A DNA stretch of 64,000 bases from Sedimentisphaeraceae bacterium JB056 (lineage in GTDB: Bacteria; Planctomycetota; Phycisphaerae; Sedimentisphaerales; Sedimentisphaeraceae). Of this stretch, positions 11,156 through 20,457 are shown in pieces. The notes below the pieces were generated by a model. The model searched no databases. It saw nothing but the letters and a program-made list of their open reading frames with translations, and was not told the DNA's origin. The translations under genes were made by a program, and so were the position numbers. The stretch covers positions 224,001-288,000 of the forward strand of contig JBITAJ010000021.1 of NCBI GenBank assembly GCA_044440125.1. The letters are read 5' to 3'. Every line of letters begins with the position of its first letter. Position 1 is the first letter of the stretch.

Positions 11156-14100
11156 CTAATAATCAGCCGTAACAACTATCTGCTGCTGCGCAGGATTGAT
11201 ACGGATTATCTGCCTCTCCGGATCAAAGTTACTATGAGAATTCCCATTAACGGTAACTGATTGCATGAGTATTTCATCGGGATGTCGAAACCGTATTACT
11301 AACGTCTCAGGAAGCTGACGCATTGCCGACAAATCAATTATGGCATGAATCTGATTACTACTAACATTAGACTGAATTTCAAAGCTGATTGGTCCAAATT
11401 CAGTTGGAGCATCCTGAACCACAACTTTCATTCCATCCTGCATCCAATGACAGGTAATAAAGGGCGCAATCCATAATTCGTCATTTTCTTTTTCCATCAA
11501 CAGCATCTGACGCGTTTGTTTGAGGAACCATCCGGTTTCATGAGTTTTATTCCATCCCCCTACGTTAGCAAAATGTTCCCAGAACGTCAGATTTTCCGTA
11601 TTAATCAAGGTCGGAATCGCATTAAAATATGCGCGAATAAAGGGTTTGATATCATCCTTATGAGCATAGAGTTCGGTAATGCGGCAATAATACGGCTGAA
11701 CTTTATAAAAGCCCCCAAGATTGAACCAGTTTGCTTTGACTTCACTTTCGGAATACGCTCCCATCCCAGCCATCAAAAACCAGACATCCTCCAAATAATT
11801 CGATATCCATTCGGCATCCCGCTGATCATCGTACCCAAACACACCCAAAGGAACAAGGTGATGCGCTCCCATACTAACATCCTTACCCCAGGAACGTCCA
11901 CCATCTTCACCAGGATACATTTCACCAATAGGTCCAAAGCAAGTAACAAAAGCCGGACTGTACGGAATCCAATGATCATTCAACAAATGAATCGCTGGAG
12001 ATCGAGCCTGTGTCCAAAGATAAGCCCGACGTATCTCATTTTTGAATTCATCCGCTTTTTGCATGAGAACGTCCGCCCCCGGATACTGTATATCATCATA
12101 TGCTTCAGCAACCGCGCACAAGCCCGCATAATACTCACCCTGTGGACGAATACGGTAAGCAAACCTATACCAATCAGCGGCAACACCAGGCGGCATAATA
12201 CCATATTCTGGCATTTTCTGTCCATACCCATCTAATTTTTTTGTTTTTTCACGTTCGGTAACAATCCAATTACAAGCCTGTTCTATGTCAGGAGCAACAC
12301 TATTGAGCCAGTTTTGATTTCGGAAAAGCAAATAGTCATTGCCCAATGTCCAAAGATGCCATCCGAGTCCCATCAGGGTATAACCGGTTGTCAGAAGACC
12401 ATCTTCATTATATTTACTGATGAAGAAATCCAGTGATCGCTGTGTAAATTCCTGATGTCCCAACATACTCATACCATGAATCACTGCCTGTGATTCACTT
12501 TCCAACGGACCATAACGATCAGCTGAACACCATGGAACGATACGCACACCTTCTTCTTCATTTCGTGCGGCAATCATGATATGAACCTGAGATGCCTTAA
12601 TGATATTCTGAAGCAGTAAGTCAGGAATCTGTATCTGCATAGACGAAGACATGATACCATTCCAGTAATTCTCAATATTGTCAAAATGGGCTTGCCGCCC
12701 ATCAAGTGCCGCGTAGTTTGAAACATTGAGATCCCATCCCGGAATATAAGCATATAAAGTTTCCGTTGTATTTGGCGGCAGTATTCCGGAGATCAACAAT
12801 TGAGCCCCCTGCTGATGAACATTCAAAGTAATGCCTTCTGTCTGAACATATGCCCAGAGCAAGTTGTCGTAGTACACTATATATCCATTGGCTACCTGAG
12901 AGAATAAAACTGACTTATCAGAAGGTGCTGCAAAATTGAGTATAAGAGAAACCGCAGAATCAGAGGAATTGGCATTCTCGATGTCGAATTTCATAACACC
13001 AACAGGATTCGGCTGCAACCAATCGATTGCCGTATTGCCTCCAAAGGAGCCATACGGCGCAACTCCCGTACGTTGATGGTAAATCACATTACTGTAATTA
13101 ACATCATTTACCACAATCGGCAGCCAGCCATCTTCGAGAACTCGATTATCAAAGGATTTTGTACCATCGCCAAACACCGGACTGATGTGGAAAGCATCAG
13201 ATATCCCATAAATGTATTTTATAGGCCAATAGGTCTGCCAAAGAGTCCCGTCCTGTCCAACAACATACTTCTCGTTATCGCATGCCAACGACAACATCGT
13301 AGGACCATTATCCTGAATACTTTGATGAACCTCGTTCATGGCCTGAGTAAAACTCTGATCTGGCATCTGGCGAACCTGCTGAAGAACATTTAATTTCCCA
13401 GAAATTTGTGTCTTATAGTCCACCGGTGAAAAATTTTCTTCAATCGTAGCATAAACTCCAAAATCCGGCATATAAACAGTTCCATTATTCACAACATCAT
13501 CAAGTGAAATCCCGAATTTATCATCAGGAAGCTCAACTCTGAGAATTGTACGGTCTGACCTCGGCGAGAATGTTGTCGCACAGTACATGATATCTAATTC
13601 CAAAGGTTGAGATAAGTCCCAGGTTTGCGTAAGGCCAAACTGACCATCCGATAATTCACTTAAACCATTATACATTTCTAACTGTGCAGTCTGTCCAGAT
13701 ATTGATTCTTCGGGGAAAAGTGTTATTACCGTCGAAGACCAATATGAACGGGTTCTCACATCAAATCGATTGACTTTCACATTCTGTGATGTTGCCGGGA
13801 AAATCCATCTAATTTTCTGTATATCACCAGCGTTTTTTCCTGCAATTGCAGAAATAGCATTTTTTGTATCAGTCGCGTTTACAATATATGACAATGTCCG
13901 CTCGTCCTGAGTGACTGAACCTGACAATGGAAGCCAATCACCTTGCCACGCAGACTCTCCAACCCACCATTCAAGGCGTATTTGGTTAAGCGACGGCATG
14001 TAGGAATCCTCAGCATATTCAATCTCCATACTTCTAATTTTTCGGTTTTCATACCATTGTAAACCAATGCAGGATTCATTATTTCCCTCAACTGGAACAG

Positions 14101-15055
14101 TATAAACTCCGTTTTCGTCAGGAACAATATCTTCTTCCGGAAAAATTTCGCTGGTTTCGAGTTCTTGAATTCGACTGGGATGAAAACCGGTCAACTGAGA
14201 ATCCCAGGTAACCACACGGGCAAAAGGTGCCACATTGATATGCAACTCAGGATTAATAGGTACAGAATATTCCGCATAGGTCAATGTCGCATTAGCCCAG
14301 TTCGAAGCATCACTGGTAATTCCATCATCAGCATCATCAACAATCAGCATGAGCTCTTCAAGACCTTCAACAGAAACATTCACAAACCGAACCGGGTCTG
14401 ACTCATAAACAATACCGCTATCATACAGCAATTGTCCATCGCCATAAACCTGGAAAATCACACTACCGGCAGTATTACCACATTGAATCCCAATTTCTGC
14501 CTGAAAAGTCGCAAATTCTCCATTCAGGTCAATGACCACCTGACTATTGGCATGTGTTCCAATTCCATTATCATAAACTTTGCCATCAATACACAGTGGA
14601 TTTGAAGGATTACTTGCGCTGTGAGTCGCCGAATCAATCTCAAATACCCCCCATGTTTGATAAGTATAATAGAAGGAAAAATCAGACGCCTGTATTGTTT
14701 TAGGAATCCAAACTGGAGAACAATTGATATTACTTGGTTCGGTACAATCAAACCACTGTTGGGCTAAAATGGCAAAATCAGCAAGATCAACATAGCAACT
14801 ACGATCCATATCAGCCGGATGATATCCCCAGGAACCGCAACTGCCGTAATTAGTAAGGACTGAAATTTGCTCATAATCTATACTACTCTCCAAAGAACTG
14901 CTTATCCCGCTATGTATTATTTCCTCCTGAAACCCATCATTTGTTGCCGCATCAGTTCGTCCATTATAGCAAATCACGGGGGAAAACAGCACTAAAACAT
15001 ATAATGCAATCACCAAGTATCTTAAAAATCCAACCATCATACAGACCTTTATCAA
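11156..15055 (-). CDS. Secreted NPCBM + putative (a/a)6 glycoside hydrolase with N-terminal dockerin-like motif (paralogue 3)
   Basis: CGSWGYHPADMDRSCYVDLADFAILAQQWFDCTEP near the N-terminus; GIGTHANS; YGPLESESQ; GGWNKTHETGWF. Confidence 0.75.
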   Translation of the reverse strand: MIKVCMMVGFLRYLVIALYVLVLFSPVICYNGRTDAATNDGFQEEIIHSGISSSLESSIDYEQISVLTNYGSCGSWGYHPADMDRSCYVDLADFAILAQQWFDCTEPSNINCSPVWIPKTIQASDFSFYYTYQTWGVFEIDSATHSASNPSNPLCIDGKVYDNGIGTHANSQVVIDLNGEFATFQAEIGIQCGNTAGSVIFQVYGDGQLLYDSGIVYESDPVRFVNVSVEGLEELMLIVDDADDGITSDASNWANATLTYAEYSVPINPELHINVAPFARVVTWDSQLTGFHPSRIQELETSEIFPEEDIVPDENGVYTVPVEGNNESCIGLQWYENRKIRSMEIEYAEDSYMPSLNQIRLEWWVGESAWQGDWLPLSGSVTQDERTLSYIVNATDTKNAISAIAGKNAGDIQKIRWIFPATSQNVKVNRFDVRTRSYWSSTVITLFPEESISGQTAQLEMYNGLSELSDGQFGLTQTWDLSQPLELDIMYCATTFSPRSDRTILRVELPDDKFGISLDDVVNNGTVYMPDFGVYATIEENFSPVDYKTQISGKLNVLQQVRQMPDQSFTQAMNEVHQSIQDNGPTMLSLACDNEKYVVGQDGTLWQTYWPIKYIYGISDAFHISPVFGDGTKSFDNRVLEDGWLPIVVNDVNYSNVIYHQRTGVAPYGSFGGNTAIDWLQPNPVGVMKFDIENANSSDSAVSLILNFAAPSDKSVLFSQVANGYIVYYDNLLWAYVQTEGITLNVHQQGAQLLISGILPPNTTETLYAYIPGWDLNVSNYAALDGRQAHFDNIENYWNGIMSSSMQIQIPDLLLQNIIKASQVHIMIAARNEEEGVRIVPWCSADRYGPLESESQAVIHGMSMLGHQEFTQRSLDFFISKYNEDGLLTTGYTLMGLGWHLWTLGNDYLLFRNQNWLNSVAPDIEQACNWIVTEREKTKKLDGYGQKMPEYGIMPPGVAADWYRFAYRIRPQGEYYAGLCAVAEAYDDIQYPGADVLMQKADEFKNEIRRAYLWTQARSPAIHLLNDHWIPYSPAFVTCFGPIGEMYPGEDGGRSWGKDVSMGAHHLVPLGVFGYDDQRDAEWISNYLEDVWFLMAGMGAYSESEVKANWFNLGGFYKVQPYYCRITELYAHKDDIKPFIRAYFNAIPTLINTENLTFWEHFANVGGWNKTHETGWFLKQTRQMLLMEKENDELWIAPFITCHWMQDGMKVVVQDAPTEFGPISFEIQSNVSSNQIHAIIDLSAMRQLPETLVIRFRHPDEILMQSVTVNGNSHSNFDPERQIIRINPAQQQIVVTADY

Positions 15056-15092
15056 TTAAAATCATCCATCAAAATCTTATCCATCATACCTA

Positions 15093-17399
15093 TCAGTCCA
15101 ACCATTCTTTTGCCAAAACTTCGAAGTCAAATAAGTTTACCTCACAATTCCGGTTAATATCGGCACGGCCATACCCATAATCACCACAAACCGGCATACG
15201 GTTTTGCAGACGGATAAACTCAATCTCTATGTGTCCACTTGCAGCAGAGCTTGGATCAAGACGCAGCCACCTTATCGTACAATTCCAGTAGGAATGCGAT
15301 CCCATATCCAGCCAGTAATCTCTGAAACCTGAATCATTTGCAGCAACAGCAAAATTTTTATGTTTATTTTCATTCAGCATAATGTCTGTTGTCGTAGTCC
15401 AATAAACCTGTGCCGAAGAACTTTCAGACTGATTCTTCATGCGTATATGAACATACCGGTAGACAGCCGCAGGGACATTAAACGATTGCAGATTTATCAT
15501 ATACGAATCAAGACCGGTAATATCACAACTCAATATACCGTCAGAAACAACACCGTTATCAAGATTATTCGTAAGTGTCCAGTTTTGAAATTCATCATCT
15601 GTACTAAAATAAGTAGATGGCGTACTTCCGGCATAACGATAGTTGAAGCGTCTGTTTGGAGCACTGTCTCCATTAACAGCAAATTCCGCTATATCACCCT
15701 CATTCTGAATATTGTCAACCCAGTGAAAATCAAACTCAATATCTCTTCTGCCATCCTGATTGATTAAATTTCTGGCAATAGTAATTTCTATTTCATTTCC
15801 TGAATATGAATACGAAACCAATCCAACAGATTCAAGAAGCCAATCACTACCTGTAAATCTCTCCAATGATGCCAATGTATCTCTTCGATTACGGTTTACT
15901 ACATAATCATACCCTTCCCAACCGGTAGATGAATCCTGATCGGAATTAATGAAAAGAAGCATCCAATTACTGCCTGTATTGCTTGTTAATCCCTCTGCTG
16001 TTTTGGCGTAGAAATACACATTGTAAGCATCAAATGCAACCTTGCTTTCAATTATATCATTTCGTCCGGTCGTATTTACATAAGGGGTTGATCCATAACC
16101 AAGATGATTTCTGTGAATCGTATCACCATAAGTATCATAATATACAGATTCGACAGATTCCCATTCTGAAAAGTTCCCATCTATTGTCATATTCACAGCC
16201 TGATCATTATTTACTAACTGCGAAACCCCTTTATATTTTCGTATATTGGAAACCATCTGATAGTAGTAATTATCAGAATGTCCGCCTTTCATCGGTTCAA
16301 CATCTCTGCTGTATTCCTGATTGTATTGATCGATGAACATTGCATCGGCATAATAACTATCCTCTGCTGCGGTATATGTAACCCATTCAAGAAGCCTCAT
16401 TGAAGTCCATTCATTCCAGCCGGTAATAAATATGAACTCAGGATCAAGATATAACGCACGTTCCCACTGCTCCGCAAAGTTGTAGCCGTAATTCACCGCA
16501 CCTTCATGTGTCTCTTTATAACCGTTATGCCAACTACGCCCCATCGCACCATTCTTATCAGACATAAACGTACCCACTGCCCCATATTCATTGTCCGCTA
16601 AAATGGCATTTTGAGCAACACCAACAGTAACCTGCTCAATTACTCCCTGATAATCGTAAAATCCATGCTGCTCAAAGATCTCAAGCCATCCCCATTGATC
16701 ATAACTGCTTGGACCTGTAAAGTAAGATGCTATAGGCTTGCGAAATGTGAAAAAGTCGTAAATATCAGAATCTTCTGTAAAATATGCTTTATTAGCCATA
16801 ATTAAAGGTTTTCCATCCCACTGAAACCATAAATCCGGATATAATTGCGGTTCATACAATTCCTCATACAGCGTATTCACAACAGTTGTCGGGCTGCTGA
16901 AAGGTGCCATGAAAGCTATCTGCGGCGTATTTTCACCATTACTTCTCATAGCCATAAACTCTTCACATAATACTGTATAGTTGTCCTTCCATGTATAAGG
17001 ACTGTTGGTTGTATCAAATATTATCACATCAACGCCAGCATCAGCTAACATTGAAGCATGTTTCCGCAATACAAAGGTATCAGATGAATCATAATACCCA
17101 AGCTCCGGCTCTGCCCAATGATGCACATGCGGAGCCGGTCCCCATTGCGGGTTTACCGGATCAGCCGCCAATATTTTACTTACATCATATGGACCACCAT
17201 AACGGCTGTAATGCCAAATCCAATAGAAAACACCCACTGTTTTATCTTCCCTCAGCGGTCCACACTCATCATAACCGGGCAACTCCCTGCCAACAGCATC
17301 TGTCGCTACCCAGGTATCACTATACAAATCACGAGCATTAGATTCCAATGCAAATAAACTACATACGACCAATAAGAAAAGATTAAGACACTTCATCAT
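15093..17399 (-). CDS. Secreted GH99/GH71-like glycoside hydrolase with CBM-like domain and dockerin-like motif
   Basis: WAEPELGYY, DAGVDVIIFDTTN, WDGKPLI, FITGWNEW, YSRDVEP; ends CGDYGYGRADINRNCEVNLFDFEVLAKEWLD. Confidence 0.65.
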   Translation of the reverse strand: MMKCLNLFLLVVCSLFALESNARDLYSDTWVATDAVGRELPGYDECGPLREDKTVGVFYWIWHYSRYGGPYDVSKILAADPVNPQWGPAPHVHHWAEPELGYYDSSDTFVLRKHASMLADAGVDVIIFDTTNSPYTWKDNYTVLCEEFMAMRSNGENTPQIAFMAPFSSPTTVVNTLYEELYEPQLYPDLWFQWDGKPLIMANKAYFTEDSDIYDFFTFRKPIASYFTGPSSYDQWGWLEIFEQHGFYDYQGVIEQVTVGVAQNAILADNEYGAVGTFMSDKNGAMGRSWHNGYKETHEGAVNYGYNFAEQWERALYLDPEFIFITGWNEWTSMRLLEWVTYTAAEDSYYADAMFIDQYNQEYSRDVEPMKGGHSDNYYYQMVSNIRKYKGVSQLVNNDQAVNMTIDGNFSEWESVESVYYDTYGDTIHRNHLGYGSTPYVNTTGRNDIIESKVAFDAYNVYFYAKTAEGLTSNTGSNWMLLFINSDQDSSTGWEGYDYVVNRNRRDTLASLERFTGSDWLLESVGLVSYSYSGNEIEITIARNLINQDGRRDIEFDFHWVDNIQNEGDIAEFAVNGDSAPNRRFNYRYAGSTPSTYFSTDDEFQNWTLTNNLDNGVVSDGILSCDITGLDSYMINLQSFNVPAAVYRYVHIRMKNQSESSSAQVYWTTTTDIMLNENKHKNFAVAANDSGFRDYWLDMGSHSYWNCTIRWLRLDPSSAASGHIEIEFIRLQNRMPVCGDYGYGRADINRNCEVNLFDFEVLAKEWLD

Positions 17400-17437
17400 T
17401 CAACCTATTGTATTAGAGAGTTACAATTCATTTTTTA

Positions 17438-20400
17438 TCAGGGTTCCTGCGAGATATTGAAAAATCGCCTGCCCAATTCTAACTGTCCTGCTGAATCATA
17501 ATGTGCCGGATCACTACTCCACCGCGTCAAATCCAATGTAGAAAATGTTCCGGTATTTGCAATAGCAGAGGCAACAGAAACCATCCCCGCATTAACTGTT
17601 TGATAGTAAGTCCAGTACGAACAATCTGAAATCTGCCCCATATAAAACGGCATATCCGGCAAATTAAAATCAGACCGGAGCGTTGTAATGAAATTTGTAA
17701 GATTCTGGGAATAAGCCTGTGCTGTAGATAACACATGCGAATCGCTCTCTCCCTGCATCCACATAAATCCTACAATTTGCGGACTGTAATGTCCAGATAG
17801 ATTATTGATTGCAGCATCGACCTGATTTTGCAATTCTATGTAAAGCTCGCCATTGGGAGCATTCCATTGCTCATAAAGGTTGGTCGCACCAACCGCATAT
17901 TTAATAATTGCAAATTTTCTATTAGGATTTGAGTTAGCCATTTCATGTGCAAAAGAAATTTCCGGACCAAAACGCGTTCCATTATACGGCCCTGCATCAG
18001 GACTCAACACATTCCAACTGCCATCAAACCAGATAAGAGCCTGAGAAAACGATGTGTTATATTCGGAAGACAAGTCTGAAACTAATCCAAGACCATACAT
18101 ATTGGATTGTCCAGCAAAAACGTATACATCCAGTTCTTCTCTAACCTCTACATCCCTCAACCAACCTTCTGCTAACTTTGCCATATCGAGAAGATCAACA
18201 GAACAATCCCTGTTCATATCCGACATATCATGGCCATAATCACCGCATGATGGTTTACTGTCCTGCAAACGCACAAAATCGATATCTATATGACCGCTTG
18301 TCGCGGCACTTGGATCAATACGCAAAAACTTTATCGTTCCTGTCCAATATTCATTGCTGCTCATATCCAGCCAGTAATCGGTAAATTCATCATCACCGGC
18401 AACAATAGAAAAATCCTTATGCTTATTATTATTCATCAGCGTATCAGTAGTTGTCGTCCAATAAACCTGTGCAGCTCCGCCAGATGTCTGATTTTTCATT
18501 CGGATATGTATGTATCTGTAAACAGAAGCAGGTACATTAAACGGTGTCCAGTTTATCATATATGAATCACCTCCGACTATATCACAACTTAAAACACCAT
18601 CAGAAACGGAACCATTTGTCAAATTATTTGTAAGAGACCATCCTTCGTATTCACCATCTTCATTAAAATGGGTTGCTGGCTCACTCTTTTGATAACGATA
18701 ATTAAATCGCCTGTTTGGAGCACTGTCTCCGCTAACCGAAAACTCAACTATATCACCTTGCGTTTGAATATTGTCAGCCCAGTGAAAATCAAAAGCTATA
18801 TTGCTTTTATTGTCCTGATCAATCAGGTTTCTTGGTATCTCTATCTCTATTTCGTTTCCTGAATATGAATATGAAATCAAACCAACAGGCTCAGGTGCCC
18901 AATCGTTACCCATAAATTTCTCTAATGAGGTCAATGTATCTCTTCGATTACGATTTATCACATAATCATATCCTTCCCAACCCGTCGCAGCATCCTGATC
19001 GGAATTGATAAAAAGAAGCATCCAATTACTATCCGTATTACTTGTCAGTTTCTCTGCAGTTTTAGAGTAAAGATATAAATTGTAAGCATCAAAAGCAACC
19101 TTACTCTCTATGATATCGTTGCGACCGGTTGTATTGGTATAAGTAATGCTATTCAAGCCCAGATGATTTCTGTGAATCGTATCACCATAAGTATCATAAT
19201 ATACAGATTCGACAGACTCCCATTCTGAAAAATTCCCATCTATTGTCACATTCACAGCCTGATCATTATTTACTAACTGCGACACCCCTTTATACTTACG
19301 AATACCTTCAATCATCTGATAATAATAATTATCCGTATGGCCACCCTTCATCGGTTCAGCATCACGGCTAAACTCCTGATTAAATTGATCTACAAAATAG
19401 GTATCGCCATCAGCAGTTTGTTCACCTAAGAATATTGGAGAACCATCAAGACCGGCTATAAAACGTTGAGCTATCCATTCATTCCAACCTGTAATAAAGA
19501 GTATCTCCGGGTCAATACTCAATGCCCTCTGCCATTGTTGCTCAAAATATATTCCAAGATCTTCGGTTCCGCTCAGCCTGTAATCATCAAGAGGAGGCTT
19601 AACGCCTGCTCCACGAGTTTCAGATGCTAAAAAACTACGACCTATTGAAGAACCTGCGGGATGCTGGGCAATACAAACAGATGTTTGTTCAGGAATAAGC
19701 GGGTCTGTTTCCCATCCCCAATTTTGCGGATAATGATCTAACCACGACCATGTATCTTCTCCCGATGTCCATGCCCAACTATAACGCATTGTAAAGAAAT
19801 CAAGCACCTCAGAACTGTAACTCGAATCTGACGGCACAAGAGGTGCTAATATCAATGGCTTGCCCTTCCAGTGAAACCACAAATCTGGATATAAATTCTG
19901 GCCATAAAGTTCATCATAGATTCTCTGTACTGTCAACGAAGGATTAGTGAAAACCTGAAAACATATCTGCGGCGTATTTTCTCCTTCATCACGCATTTGC
20001 TGCCAGACACTGCAAAGATTCATGTATTCTTCCGTATAAACAACACCATTACCAACATCAAAGAAAACCATATCAACTCCGGCATCACTAAGCATTGACG
20101 CATGACGACGCAATACATAGGGATCTGTTATTCGATAATATCCCATCTCCGGCTCACCCCAAGTATGCCAGGACCATCTACTACCCCAATCAGGAGCAAA
20201 AGGATTTTCTGCCAGTAATTTTGTAACATCCCGGACATTAACAGCTCTATCATGCCAGAGAAAGTAGAATACTCCAACGGTTTTATCATCTCTTATAGTT
20301 CCACACTCATCGTAGCCCGGCAATTCTCTGCCCAAAGCATCCGCCGCAACCCAAGTATCACTCTCAAGATCACGTCCATAACAGCTCAATACTGACATAC

Positions 20401-20449
20401 CGCATAAGACACATATTAAAGCAAAAACAAGCCGGATTTTCATCTTCAT
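17438..20449 (-). CDS. Secreted GH99/GH71-like hydrolase + CBM-like + dockerin-like + SASA (sialate O-acetylesterase/CE6-like) domain
   Basis: Paralogue of 15093-17399; C-terminal FAGQSNM, GPEISFA, WMQGESD, DPAHY motifs of the SGNH/SASA family. Confidence 0.75.
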   Translation of the reverse strand: MKMKIRLVFALICVLCGMSVLSCYGRDLESDTWVAADALGRELPGYDECGTIRDDKTVGVFYFLWHDRAVNVRDVTKLLAENPFAPDWGSRWSWHTWGEPEMGYYRITDPYVLRRHASMLSDAGVDMVFFDVGNGVVYTEEYMNLCSVWQQMRDEGENTPQICFQVFTNPSLTVQRIYDELYGQNLYPDLWFHWKGKPLILAPLVPSDSSYSSEVLDFFTMRYSWAWTSGEDTWSWLDHYPQNWGWETDPLIPEQTSVCIAQHPAGSSIGRSFLASETRGAGVKPPLDDYRLSGTEDLGIYFEQQWQRALSIDPEILFITGWNEWIAQRFIAGLDGSPIFLGEQTADGDTYFVDQFNQEFSRDAEPMKGGHTDNYYYQMIEGIRKYKGVSQLVNNDQAVNVTIDGNFSEWESVESVYYDTYGDTIHRNHLGLNSITYTNTTGRNDIIESKVAFDAYNLYLYSKTAEKLTSNTDSNWMLLFINSDQDAATGWEGYDYVINRNRRDTLTSLEKFMGNDWAPEPVGLISYSYSGNEIEIEIPRNLIDQDNKSNIAFDFHWADNIQTQGDIVEFSVSGDSAPNRRFNYRYQKSEPATHFNEDGEYEGWSLTNNLTNGSVSDGVLSCDIVGGDSYMINWTPFNVPASVYRYIHIRMKNQTSGGAAQVYWTTTTDTLMNNNKHKDFSIVAGDDEFTDYWLDMSSNEYWTGTIKFLRIDPSAATSGHIDIDFVRLQDSKPSCGDYGHDMSDMNRDCSVDLLDMAKLAEGWLRDVEVREELDVYVFAGQSNMYGLGLVSDLSSEYNTSFSQALIWFDGSWNVLSPDAGPYNGTRFGPEISFAHEMANSNPNRKFAIIKYAVGATNLYEQWNAPNGELYIELQNQVDAAINNLSGHYSPQIVGFMWMQGESDSHVLSTAQAYSQNLTNFITTLRSDFNLPDMPFYMGQISDCSYWTYYQTVNAGMVSVASAIANTGTFSTLDLTRWSSDPAHYDSAGQLELGRRFFNISQEP

Positions 20450-20457
20450 TTCCTGAA

